A DNA stretch of 63,689 nucleotides, filler included, from Octopus bimaculoides (Eukaryota), in the NCBI RefSeq assembly GCF_001194135.2. It is 6 parts of 6 records of this genome, joined end to end, with 100 filler letters (N's around TTAATTAATTAA, not from the genome) between each part and the next. Parts side by side here need not be neighbours in the genome. Positions count along the whole stretch, not along the records: positions 26,978 to 54,102 come from NC_068997.1; positions 54,203 to 62,450 come from NC_068986.1; positions 62,551 to 63,689 come from NW_026430518.1; 3 more parts are not named here. One strand, written 5' to 3'. Shown piece by piece: positions 52,159-63,689 of this stretch. How positions within the stretch are numbered: the stretch's first letter is position 1; each line of letters begins with the position of its first letter. The position numbers and the translations under genes are program-made. The notes beneath the pieces are model-generated. The model was not told where the DNA came from. It saw only the letters and a program-made list of their open reading frames with translations, and searched no databases.

Positions 52159-53871
52159 TGTTCACAAAATCCAATTAATCCTGTTTGAAATAGCAATTTT
52201 AAATTCCTACCTTTATTATTTCTTATAATCACAGTTCGCTATTATTTATCACATTTAAATCTCTAACAATATTTTCAAATAAACCTTAAGGAAAACAATA
52301 CACAAACGAGAAAAACAAACAAATTAACGTATAGTTTTCAAGACAAGCAGTTTTAAAGAAAAACCTCGTAAAAACGGAACAGCTCATTACCTATTATATC
52401 TATTTCATATTTAAATTTCCTTTTACTTGTTTAATTAACATTATATTATATAAATATTTCTATTGACAATGTCTCATTAAAAATAAGAAAAAACTTATTT
52501 GTGATTTAAAACATTACATTGAAATATATTCAGCAAATATTTTTCTTAGGCAGCCATGTTATTTCGATTAAACTAAGTTGAAGTTTAAAAATAATTATGC
52601 AATTTTTTTGAAATGTTTTCAGATTATCTTTAAATAAATAATGTTTTATAAATGTTGCTTGATGCAGCTGCACCTGAAGATTCGAAGATAAACAAAGATA
52701 ATGTCATATCGAAGTTGATATCGTTTCTAGAACACTTCCACGATCTCTCTTCAAACTCAACGTTAGCCAAAGGTAATTGTTCCTTCGTAACAAAATTTAG
52801 TTTCGTTTCCTTTTTAATCCAATTCCATCGTATGTATACATACATACATACATACATATANNNNNNNNNNNNNNNNNNNNNNNNNNNNNNNNNNNNNNNN
52901 NNNNNNNNNNNNNNNNNNNNNNNNNNNNNNNNNNNNNNNNNNNNNNNNNNNNATATATATATATATATATATATACACCTGTATATATGAGAGACAGACA
53001 GACAGAAAGAGATTGATAGATTGACAGATAGATGAAAGCACACAGGTCGCACTATTCGTGCTATTACATATATGTAATACCTAGTTGTTGGAACGTTGCC
53101 CGCACAATCGCGAGATCGTGGTTTTGGCTGAGATCGTGGTGTTCCTTCGATACCTGATAGTTTTGTCTAACACCCTTTCAGGGTCAATGGCGTAAATCCC
53201 AATTCAGCAACAGAGACGATGGATTCGTCTAGATTCCTTCTCGAAAATTTCAGGCCGTGACCCTGTAGCAGAAAAGAGTACAATAGCTTTTATTGTATAA
53301 GTACTTTTTGGTAGGAATTTCCTTTTTTGAACATCATTCGATAACAAAGATACAAAAAGAATCCTAACCAAATATCTTTCAATCTGAAGGTAGGAAAAAA
53401 AAAAGAAAGAAAACAAAAACGCAGAGAACAAAGAAACAACACAAAGCTAAATATATGAAACAAGTGAATATCAAATATAAATGCAAACAAAAATAATAAG
53501 GGAAAACCGGTCAATAACTGAAATGTCAGGCCGTCATAAGTTATGGAGATTCTGTCCTGGCTGGGATGATGGATGATTCGATGGAAATGACGTAGATCAT
53601 GCTGCGGTAGTAGTGGAGGTGGTGGTGGAGTTTATAATGATGGCGATGATGGTGATGGATGTGGTGGTTGTGGTGATGGTGGTGGTGGTGGTAGTAGGAG
53701 GTTTTGAGGTGGTGGTTTTGTTTTTGGTGTTTGCGTTGGAGACGGTTTTGTCCTGCCTTCACGTACGTTAGAGATAAGATGGATGCGTAAGATAATGAAA
53801 GGGAGGGGTGGATTATATATGCATACATGTACACATTCATACATACATACATACATGCATGCATACAAACT

Positions 53872-53943
<72 letters not shown>

Positions 53944-54065
53944 CCAGTGGGTATATTACGCACAAACTTACACACTCACACACAGGCATACACATATGTA
54001 TATGTATGTTTGTATGTAAGCACACACACACATAGATCCACATGCATATATACATATACATATAC

Positions 54066-54102
<37 letters not shown>

Positions 54103-54202
54103 NNNNNNNNNNNNNNNNNNNNNNNNNNNNNNNNNNNNNNNNNNNNTTAATTAATTAANNNNNNNNNNNNNNNNNNNNNNNNNNNNNNNNNNNNNNNNNN
54201 NN

Positions 54203-54370
54203 TCATTTATGGAAAAATGTACGAAAAAAAAGCAACAACAGACGAGGACAAGTGGTGTAAACAACAAAAGGATGCATTAGTATGACGCTCGGGAATACGG
54301 AAAGTCTTTAACGTTTCGAGCTGTGCTCTTCAACAGAAAGAATATGGAGAAAACAAGGAGAAAAAAAAAT
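54203..54370 (-). mobile_element. HHR-bearing repeat (family F); HHR at 54305-54341
   Basis: Minus strand TCTTT-CTGTTGA-A-GAGC-ACA-GCTC-GAAAC-GT-T-AAAGA. All three stems are intact, with a single core change (A6>U). Downstream TTCCCGAGCGTC is shared with the 28170-28430 copy. Confidence 0.72.
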
Positions 54371-54409
54371 GAATGGTGTTTGGTCAACGATCTATCATAG
54401 CTTCTGCTG

Positions 54410-54536
54410 ACCGGGGATTGGAGCAACGTGAAATAAAGTGCCTTGGTAAAGGACACAAGGCAAAGCCGGGAATCGAACTCATGAAGTAAAGATCGTGAGC
54501 CGAATATACCCTAACCACTAAACCACGCGCCTTCAC
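54410..54536 (-). mobile_element. tRNA-derived SINE family C, 5' part
   Basis: Minus strand GTGAAGGCGCGTGGTTTAGTGGTTAG...GAGTTCGATTCCCGG..TTGTGTCCTT..CCAAGGCACTTTATTTCACGTTGCTCCA. Confidence 0.85.
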
Positions 54537-55056
54537 CAGATCAGGATGTACAGATGGGGCTGAAGGCGATAAATTAAGAAACCATTGAAGTTATGTAGTC
54601 CATTAAATCAACTACAAAACTACTCGTACATCCTCTTCAAAATGAAAAAAAAAAGCATTCGTGGTCTTGTACCAGATTTAGAAAGCCTCATTATTAATTT
54701 TACCATTAATTGCTGTTTAATTGGTGTAAACAGTAAAATGAGGATGTACAAGACAAGAAAGGCTGGGTAGGTAGGTAAATGGGAAGGAATTGAGTATTCA
54801 ATTACGAGCAGTTATTAACACAAATTCGTTTCTAACGTTTCTAATGTTTGCATTCTGTCGAAAGATAATTGCAGTCTATCAGAGAGCATGGGATCTGGCG
54901 TGTAAAAGTCTCTGTGCAGTGTTGCGTTGAGAAGTAGAAGGTTCAGCGATTAATTATTGCGCACACAAGCATATACATTCATATAGTCGTGTGTGTGTGA
55001 GTACATTAGAGAAGAGATGCGACGCGCACACACACACACATACACAGAAGTATGTA

Positions 55057-55477
55057 TGCGGTTCAGAATTTAAATCGCTTCTTTAACTTTCTAAGACATC
55101 TTAACGCTTCTAAAAGCAAACTTCGTTTGTTTGTTTACGTTTATCATAATTTAAATTTAACATATGATAGCGTCTCATAAAGCGAGATTTCTATACATCT
55201 TAAATTTGCAGAAAAAAACTTGTGGCTGAGCAGTTTAGCTTAAATGGTCGAGAGCACCGCGACGCGTAATCATGGAGGTGTGAGTTCGGGTCTCAAGGCT
55301 GGCCGCCCAAACTTTTTTCTGCAAAATAGAGGTAGTTTATCCTGTTCAGGCATTATCCTGCGTTTGAGAATTTAAATCACTTTAACTTTCTAAGACATCT
55401 CAACGCTTCTAAAAGGAAACTTCGTTTGTTTGTTTACGTTTATCATAATTTAAATTTAACATATGATAGCGTCTCAN
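55057..55477. repeat. ~300-bp tandem unit (1.4 copies visible before a 644-N gap) containing a tRNA-like cassette
   Basis: AGAATTTAAATC...CATATGATAGCGTCTCA starts at 55065 and again at 55367. Confidence 0.9.
55229..55304 (+). tRNA. tRNA-Thr(CGT)-like sequence, probably a pseudogene or repeat-borne derivative
   Basis: AGCAGTT-TA-GCTT..GAGC-A-CCGCGA-CG-CGT-AA-TCATGG-AGGT-GTGAG-TTCGGGT-CTCAA-GGCTGGC-C. Mispairs at the first two acceptor positions, in the anticodon stem and in the T stem; box B has A>G. T6 at 55313-55318 could act as a terminator. Confidence 0.55.
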
Positions 55478-56873
55478 NNNNNNNNNNNNNNNNNNNNNNN
55501 NNNNNNNNNNNNNNNNNNNNNNNNNNNNNNNNNNNNNNNNNNNNNNNNNNNNNNNNNNNNNNNNNNNNNNNNNNNNNNNNNNNNNNNNNNNNNNNNNNNN
55601 NNNNNNNNNNNNNNNNNNNNNNNNNNNNNNNNNNNNNNNNNNNNNNNNNNNNNNNNNNNNNNNNNNNNNNNNNNNNNNNNNNNNNNNNNNNNNNNNNNNN
55701 NNNNNNNNNNNNNNNNNNNNNNNNNNNNNNNNNNNNNNNNNNNNNNNNNNNNNNNNNNNNNNNNNNNNNNNNNNNNNNNNNNNNNNNNNNNNNNNNNNNN
55801 NNNNNNNNNNNNNNNNNNNNNNNNNNNNNNNNNNNNNNNNNNNNNNNNNNNNNNNNNNNNNNNNNNNNNNNNNNNNNNNNNNNNNNNNNNNNNNNNNNNN
55901 NNNNNNNNNNNNNNNNNNNNNNNNNNNNNNNNNNNNNNNNNNNNNNNNNNNNNNNNNNNNNNNNNNNNNNNNNNNNNNNNNNNNNNNNNNNNNNNNNNNN
56001 NNNNNNNNNNNNNNNNNNNNNNNNNNNNNNNNNNNNNNNNNNNNNNNNNNNNNNNNNNNNNNNNNNNNNNNNNNNNNNNNNNNNNNNNNNNNNNNNNNNN
56101 NNNNNNNNNNNNNNNNNNNNNTATATATATATATATATATATATGCATATATACATACGTATATGTACATACTTACATCTATACGTATATATATGCATAT
56201 GTGGGCACAGGACGTCACGAAATGTGTACAACAAAAACATACAAAGCCCAAGTACATGGAACATGAACTATTCTTTCGAACAACGAAAGACACAAATGGA
56301 AAACAAAACAAACAGCATAAAAAACGACGCTTCATCAGTTGTTGGTGGGTGTCTGTGTGTATATGTAAACCAAAAGATTTGTTTGAAGAAGATATGCCAG
56401 CCAGAATAACCAGCAGGCAAAGCCAGGCGACAGCCAGCCTGGTACTGAGATCATTTGCTTGTTCACCAACCCACTCAGGATTTGCAATATCGGGCAGGCT
56501 ATTCAAGGAGTGTATGCGATTTGATAATCATGAGAATTTCCAGGGGAAAGATAACTGTGCTATTACATACTGGCTCCAGATTCACTGCAGGAATTGCTGC
56601 TAGACAGTTATTGAATGACAGTAATAAACACCTACAATACATGCATTGACATGTATTAATGCGTACATGTAAATATGTACATGTGATGTCTAAACATAGT
56701 TGCACGCCCATGCGATCACTTGTGAGTGGATTTGGTAGACGGAAACTGAAAGAAGCCTGTCGTATATATGTGTGTGTGTGTGTTTGTATGTATTTGTGTA
56801 TGTTTGTCCTTCAACATTACTTGACAATATATATGTATATATGCACATACATATGTATATATGTACATACATG

Positions 56874-56944
<71 letters not shown>

Positions 56945-56947
<3 letters not shown>

Positions 56948-57631
56948 TGTGTGTGGTTAGAACAGCGGGCTCACCATCATGCAGTAGTAAGTTCGATTCC
57001 CGGACGCAAAAGTTTTTTCCCACGAGAGTTCCGGACTCCAGTGATAAACTCATTTGTATACAGCCAAGCAGAGTTCGCCGTGACCGTGTCAAGTTAACAA
57101 ACATACTCTACCAAGTAAATTCAAGACGAAGAACGCTGTTGTAAGTCAACCGATCACCAAGTTTTGCCTGATTTTAGAAGGAGACAAGTACTTTGATAAA
57201 TTTGCATTTATACCTATTATCGGATTTTGTTAGGACTCCATATGGTAAAGATGTGGATGGGAAAAATGTGGGTAGAGGGTGATGCGGAAGCAACCCTCTC
57301 CCCTTACTGCTTTACAAGGTAAACAACAACACAAATAACTACGCAGAAGTAGCAATGGTTGAAACAAGAACAAAAACAAGAAGCGTTATTAAAAGAGAAA
57401 AGAAGCCTGGTCATTCCTTACCCAAGTGACTTTATCTTGATGCCCATCGATTGTTATGTGCTCATAAATTAGTTTGATAATTGAGCTCTGATTGGCTATA
57501 TGCAAATGAGTTCATAACTGGGGTCCGGAACTCTTGTGGGAAAAAATTCTCTTCCCGGGCCGGCTTGTGTGTTATCTTCTTGAGCAAGACATTTTATTTC
57601 ACGTTGCTCCAGTTGACTCAGCTGTAGAAAT
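56945..57631 (+). mobile_element. SINE family C split by a MITE insertion (head 56945-57005; body resumes at 57552)
   Basis: GTGGTTAGAACAGCGGGCTCACCATCATG..AGTAAGTTCGATTCCCGGAC | TTCCCGGGCCGG.TTGTGTGTT.TCTTCTTGAGCAAGACATTTTATTTCACGTTGCTCCAG. Confidence 0.85.
57006..57551. mobile_element. Non-autonomous DNA transposon (MULE-like MITE), 546 bp, ~70-bp TIRs, 9-bp TSD
   Basis: Left TTTTTTCCCACGAGAGTTCCGGACTCCAGTGATAAACTCATTTGTATACAGCCAA vs reverse complement of right TTTTTTCCCACAAGAGTTCCGGACCCCAGTTATGAACTCATTTGCATATAGCCAA; TSD TTCCCGGAC (56997-57005) / TTCCCGGGC (57552-57560). Confidence 0.85.
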
Positions 57632-58277
57632 NNNNNNNNNNNNNNNNNNNNNNNNNNNNNNNNNNNNNNNNNNNNNNNNNNNNNNNNNNNNNNNNNNNNN
57701 NNNNNNNNNNNNNNNNNNNNNNNNNNNNNNNNNNNNNNNNNNNNNNNNNNNNNNNNNNNNNNNNNNNNNNNNNNNNNNNNNNNNNNNNNNNNNNNNNNNN
57801 NNNNNNNNNNNNNNNNNNNNNNNNNNNNNNNNNNNNNNNNNNNNNNNNNNNNNNNNNNNNNNNNNNNNNNNNNNNNNNNNNNNNNNNNNNNNNNNNNNNN
57901 NNNNNNNNNNNNNNNNNNNNNNNNNNNNNNNNNNNNNNNNNNNNNNNNNNNNNNNNNNNNNNNNNNNNNNNNNNNNNNNNNNNNNNNNNNNNNNNNNNNN
58001 NNNNNNNNNNNNNNNNNNNNNNNNNNNNNNNNNNNNNNNNNNNNNNNNNNNNNNNNNNNNNNNNNNNNNNNNNNNNNNNNNNNNNNNNNNNNNNNNNNNN
58101 NNNNNNNNNNNNNNNNNNNNNNNNNNNNNNNNNNNNNNNNNNNNNNNNNNNNNNNNNNNNNNNNNATCCGAATCGTGTTTATAGAAATTTTTATTTAAAA
58201 CTATTCATTTTTCAGAAAGTTGTGAGGAAACAAATTTAGTGAAGGGCATACTTCTGGTGTTTATCAATTTCTAGGAA

Positions 58278-58324
<47 letters not shown>

Positions 58325-58502
58325 GTAAAAATGAATGCGATTTTGGTCATCAGCCAGCAAAACTGCATCGCATTTTTAAAAAATAGTTTGGTGGGAATTC
58401 GAAAATGTTTAAATGGGTGAAAGAATTTTAAGATGATCCGTTTAAAACCCTTCTAAAATGATCTCCCAGCATGACTGAAAGAAGTCATAAATGAAAGATA
58501 TG

Positions 58503-58567
<65 letters not shown>

Positions 58568-59049
58568 ACACGCTCCCATACACACGCATTCATGCCATGA
58601 ACAATTCAATAAATTACACAGATTTATGTGTACATTCATATATACTCGTATACATCCATCCATCTGCAGCGCCGTCACCTCCATCCCCGACACCATCATC
58701 ACATCATCATTACCAACTCCACCCCAACAACAACAACAACAACGATGACGACGACGATGACGACAAAAGCAACAACAGCAATTAACAAGACAACTCAATA
58801 GGACCCCCTGCTGCTTAAATAGATAATAAGAAGGTTGGAGAAGCTGCTAAGGGCGAAATTGTTTCTTCAATGAAAGAACAATGGAGATATTTTTGGAAAC
58901 TGCACTCAATAACCTTTGAAATGTTCTATATCGTCACTAGCAGGCGGTAACAGGAGCCATTGAAACGAGCAGGCACTTGCGTAAAGTGCACTCACGTGCT
59001 CGCGCGTCGCACACGCATACACTCACACACACACACACAAACACACACA

Positions 59050-59084
<35 letters not shown>

Positions 59085-59290
59085 GCATACACTCACTCTC
59101 ATAAACCCAAACCGAAACAACACAGCCGCACGCACGCACGCACACACACACACACATACACACACACACACACGCACACGCACACACACATGTATATACA
59201 CACATATAACCAAAACATGTTTACGCACGAATAGATAGATATACATATACACACGCACACACACATACATTCACACATACACTGACACTC

Positions 59291-59694
59291 TCTCTTTTAC
59301 TCTTTTACTTGTTTCAGTCATTTGACTGTGGCCATGCTGGAACACAGCCTTTAGTCGAGCAAATCGCCCCCCGGACTTATTCTTTGGAAGCCTAGTACTT
59401 ATTCAATCGGTGTCTTTTGCCGAGCCGCTAAGTTACGGGGACGTAAACACACCAGCATCGGTTGTCAAGTGATGTTGGGGGTACAAACACAGATACACAA
59501 ACATATACACACACACATATATATATATATACATATATACGACAGGCTTCTTTCTGTTTTCCGTCAACCAAATCCACTCACAAGGCTTTGGTCGGCCCNN
59601 NNNNNNNNNNNNNNNNNNNNNNNNNNNNNNNNNNNNNNNNNNNNNNNNNNNNNNTGGTAAGCAAGCTACTTACCACACAGCCACTCCTACGCCT
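59291..59694 (-). mobile_element. SINE family A, full length (small internal gap)
   Basis: All modules present, from the CTCTTTTA tail to the CAGCCACTCCTACGCCT head, with an internal (CA)/(TA) tract. Confidence 0.93.
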
Positions 59695-60480
59695 ATCTTT
59701 AATTTTAATGAAATGTTTCATTTCGTACAATGCCTAATTAATGCAGCGAATGTATACGAAAACAAGGACGGAAAAAACGGAGAATGTTACACAAATACAA
59801 ATAACAGGACATAACAACAGGTGTTTTTCGACTAAAGACAAATTAAATTAAGCTGGCGTGTGTGGAAATAAAGCCTTACAGCAGAGATACAAGATTTCAC
59901 AGGCACAGGCTTATACATACACACATGTATCAGGCTTAAACATACACACACACACATACACACATCAGGTCATTTGGGATAATATAATTTAATTACGAAG
60001 TACTTCTACGGACAGCGACTATCTAAAAATTGGAAGAGGAAAATATTCTTAGGTAACAGCTTTAAACAGAAAAGTCACAAATTACTTTTCAAAGTAGAGT
60101 ATAAATAATAAACATTGAAGATTGGAGTATGTGATATCATTTTACTTCATTGTTTACAATTGTTTCAACAATTCCATGGTAACTAAAGTTACGTCAAGTT
60201 AATTCATATTTCCGCAGTTAATGATCTAATCATATAAGCTGTGTAATCTTTCTTACACACTTGCACACATCCATTTCCAAATAAGTTTATCTTAATCTTT
60301 TTGATCCGACTCTACTCTATACTGTTTTCTCTCCCATCGTTTTCACTCTCATCCTTTTCTTTAATTCCCTTTCTCTCCCTTTCACCGTTTTCTACCTGTC
60401 TCTCTCTCTTTCTCACCGTTTTCTATCTGTCTCTCTCTTTCTCATTTTGTCTTAGGTTTCTTTCTCTAAAGTTTTATATA

Positions 60481-60597
60481 ATTCAACCTCTGAGTGAAAA
60501 ACAAAATAGGAATTTTGAAAGAAGTTTCTATAAAACTAGCTTTTAAACATCGAATGGCTATGGGGGTCACAGGTTAAAAATGGTTGAGAACCTCTGA
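60481..60597 (+). mobile_element. hAT MITE, right-half fragment (same family as 45002-45338)
   Basis: ACAAAATAGGAATTTTGA.AGAAG..CTAT.AAACTAG.TTTTAAACA.CGAATG.CTATGGGGGTC...GGTTGAGAACCTCTG. Confidence 0.8.
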
Positions 60598-60809
60598 TAC
60601 AGATCATCTTTCTTATCTTCTTTTTTCTCTGCTTCTCACTCCTATCTTTCTATCTCTCTTCCTCTTTCTCTCTATCTCTCTTTCTCTCTATCTCTCTTTC
60701 TCTCTATCTCTCTTTCTCTCTATCTCTCTTTCTGTCTGTCTTCCACTGTGTCTGTCTGACTCTTAATATATCCCCCCTCGAAAGACGACAGAATTAACGT
60801 TGACATTTA

Positions 60810-61008
60810 GCACCGGACTAAATGTGTAGAATATTTAGCGGCATTTCGTCCGTCTTTACGTTCTGTTTTCTAATTTCGTCGATGTCAACTTTGCCTTTCG
60901 TCCTTTCGGGGTCAATAAAAAAAAAGTACCAGTTGAGAACTAGGGGTCGATGTAATTAATTTGTACCCCGTCCCCGAAGCTACTGGTCTTGTGCCAATAT
61001 TTGAAATC
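60810..61008 (+). mobile_element. SINE family B
   Basis: TTAGCGGCATTTCGTCCGTCTTTACGTTCTG...CCTTTCGGGGTCAATAAA..AGTACCAGTTG..GGTCTTGTGCC. Confidence 0.85.
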
Positions 61009-61084
61009 AATATATCCCCACACCCTCTCCATCCTCATCTTGTATCCGATTCTTACATTTCTACTTTCGTTCCTCTGCGCTTTT

Positions 61085-61431
61085 TCATGCCACCCTCTAA
61101 AAGGATAAAGATCTCCTTTGGTCATGAATGAGCATGGAACTGCACCTAGAAAGTTCCCCTTCGAGGTACAGGTCTGGGAAAGGTTGTGTATGGAAGACCA
61201 GCAGTCGCCCATGCATATCAGCCTCTCCTCTCCGCGCCACCGATGTTATCCAAGAGGAAGGCAAAGGCCGATATAGTTAGGCACCAGTGATGTGGCAACT
61301 TATTTCTACAACGAAGTGAACTGGAGCAATGTGAAATAAAGTGTCTTGCTCAAGAACACAACACATAATTCTGGGGATCGAACTCACTACCTCCTGATTG
61401 TGAGCACGACAACTGAGCCATGCGCCTTCAC
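61085..61431 (-). mobile_element. tRNA-derived SINE family C, near full length
   Basis: Minus-strand head GTGAAGGCGCATGGCTCAG...GTGAGTTCGATCCCC, then TGTGTTCTTGAGCAAGACACTTTATTTCACATTGCTCCAG and ~250 bp of body. Confidence 0.88.
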
Positions 61432-61457
61432 TCAACTTGTCTAACTATAGTATAAAC

Positions 61458-61779
61458 AAAACATGGGGTTCTCAATCACTTTTTATCTACGGCCCCCTTT
61501 CATTCCTATTTTATTCTGGTGGACCCCACAACCATTCCACATTTAAAAGCTAGCTTTATAGATTCTTCTTTCAAAATCCTTATTTTGCTTTCCACACATC
61601 AACTTTGTGGGTTCAACTATGTAAAATCGGTTTCTTACAATAAATACATCTAAAGAAAAGTTCTTTTTATGGCCCCTTAATATCCTACTGTGCGTCCCCA
61701 ATTTACAATTTTGCTTGCGTGAACCCCAAAGTCTTATATAGACCCCTACGGGTCATATGGACTTCGGTTGAGAACACTG
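61458..61779 (-). mobile_element. hAT MITE (opposite orientation to 45002-45338), 8-bp TSD
   Basis: Ends CATGGGGTTCTCAA / GGTTGAGAACACTG; GTATAAAC at 61450-61457 and 61780-61787 (4 extra A at the left junction). Confidence 0.8.
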
Positions 61780-61901
61780 GTATAAACCTTCACCGGTCGC
61801 TTTCTTTCTTTCTTTCTTTCTTCAACGAGCATTCAGTTCTTTTATTGTTTCTTACTCCAGAATAAATTCTAATTGCTAATCTCGTAAAAAATAGGGGTTG
61901 T

Positions 61902-61991
<90 letters not shown>

Positions 61992-62064
61992 TAAGTGCGC
62001 ATCGTCAAGAAAAGAAATAGCTGATGATCTTTGTGATGGTAATGGGTAAGTTGGAACAGGTGTA

Positions 62065-62096
<32 letters not shown>

Positions 62097-62412
62097 TGTG
62101 TATGTCTGTGTGTGTGTGTGTTATAAATGTGTTAAAGACAGACAGAGAGGAAAGGGCATGTCCTTTCATTACTGATTTGACACTTTGCAAATGTTGGCCG
62201 CCATTACTGTCTTATAATTCTAGAGATTATATTTAATTATCAAAGAAATATGACCTTTTAAGGTCAATGTTTGAGACAGAACAGTGAAAATTTCTTCGTT
62301 ATAGTTTACACTTGAAATATTACAGCTGCTCTAGTTGTCGAAGTTAATACATATCTAACACCAAGAATTAAAACCTTCAACTAGTTTACTATTGTGTGTG
62401 TGTGTGTGTGTA

Positions 62413-62450
<38 letters not shown>

Positions 62451-63224
62451 NNNNNNNNNNNNNNNNNNNNNNNNNNNNNNNNNNNNNNNNNNNNTTAATT
62501 AATTAANNNNNNNNNNNNNNNNNNNNNNNNNNNNNNNNNNNNNNNNNNNNATAATTTCAATTGATTTTAATCGATTTAAATTTCTTTTCTATTTGAAAAT
62601 TGGTTATGAAACACGTGTAATCTTTTTATTATATTTATCTTATGATATTTACTTTACTTTATATTATACTCATTTATTGTGCTTTTAATTATTAATTTTT
62701 CTATATGTGATAGTGGATTTTCATAGATGAGTTCTTGAAAATTGGTTATTTTCCCTAAAACTATATATTTTATATATACTTTATCTATAAGGCTCAATTT
62801 AATTTTAATTTTTTATAAATTGATTTTAATTGAGTTTTTTACCTGTAATTTTGGATTTTGTCCCTAATATTATTATTATATATATATATATATGTACTAT
62901 GTATATCTGTACAAGTATATACGTGTACGTAGACATTTATACATTATCTATCTACCTATCTATCTATCTATCGATGTGTGTGTGTATATGTTGGTGTGTT
63001 TGTGTGGATATATATATATGTATATATATATATTTTCATGTACTGATGTGTGTGTGTGCGCATGTGCCTTGCCCTGAGCGTTCAGCGTATGCCACAGGGG
63101 CCTCTTTGTGACACGTGGCACGTCAGAGGCATGTTAACCAAAGCAAGTGCCCCTACCTCACACACACACACACACACCCAGAGGTATACATATGCATAGG
63201 TGTGTGTATATATACATATATATA

Positions 63225-63315
<91 letters not shown>

Positions 63316-63656
63316 ATGTGCGTGTGAGTGTGTGTGTTTGTCTGTACTGTACGATTTGCGAACTGTAACACCAGTGTGTTAATTTTGTATTGGAATTAAA
63401 AGGTGTTTACCATTCTTGTTATCTTTGCAATAGATTTATTTTTCAGTTCCGTTTGTATTCCCTTTCTTAGATTCTAGTTATGACAATGAAATAATTTACT
63501 TTCTGGTAACTATTTTAAACAAATCTTGTACATTAGGATTACTCCAATATTCCGCTATGACGTGTCCTATGACGTGTCTTAGTGATTTAAATGTTACGTA
63601 ACTTCTTGGCTTTTAGCTGGTGTTATCATCTTGTCTTGTACCATGTTACATGTATG

Positions 63657-63689
<33 letters not shown>

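Noticed and set aside
56380-56530. Minus frame LSNRIHSLNSLPD...RLAVAWLCLLVILAGIS (LRR-like start plus hydrophobic stretch)
   Set aside because: Preceded by an in-frame TGA with no acceptor in between; single imperfect motif; no other support.
63105-63131. E-box/G-box cluster (TGACACGTGGCACGTCA); also TCACGTGA at ~3665 and ~31675
   Set aside because: Short motifs expected by chance; no TSS or conservation evidence available.

Overview
AT-rich, microsatellite-saturated animal genomic DNA from a gappy short-read assembly (about 10 kb, ~16%, is N). The SINE content and repeat style point to an octopus/cephalopod genome (inference). I cannot support any intact host protein-coding gene. Nearly all ORFs in the supplied track are translations of dinucleotide/trinucleotide repeats, N-runs, or antisense strands of dead retroelements. 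Recognisable content: a 5'-truncated, lightly disabled Penelope-like element (RT + Cys linker + GIY-YIG, Neptune-type); a Ty3/Gypsy integrase remnant; RTE and CR1 LINE 3' remnants; a decayed Tigger/pogo transposase; hAT- and MULE-type MITEs with target-site duplications; and >20 copies/fragments of four SINE families (working labels A-D). The most interesting layer is RNA-structural. At least eight minimal type-I hammerhead ribozyme (HHR) motifs or half-motifs from several unrelated repeat families are scattered on both strands. One family couples a tRNA-derived Pol III head to an HHR-containing body (two copies; one is 5'-inverted). There is also a ~300-bp tandem unit carrying a tRNA-Thr(CGT)-like cassette bracketed by 18-bp inverted repeats. 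All motif calls were made by eye; no database search or folding was run.
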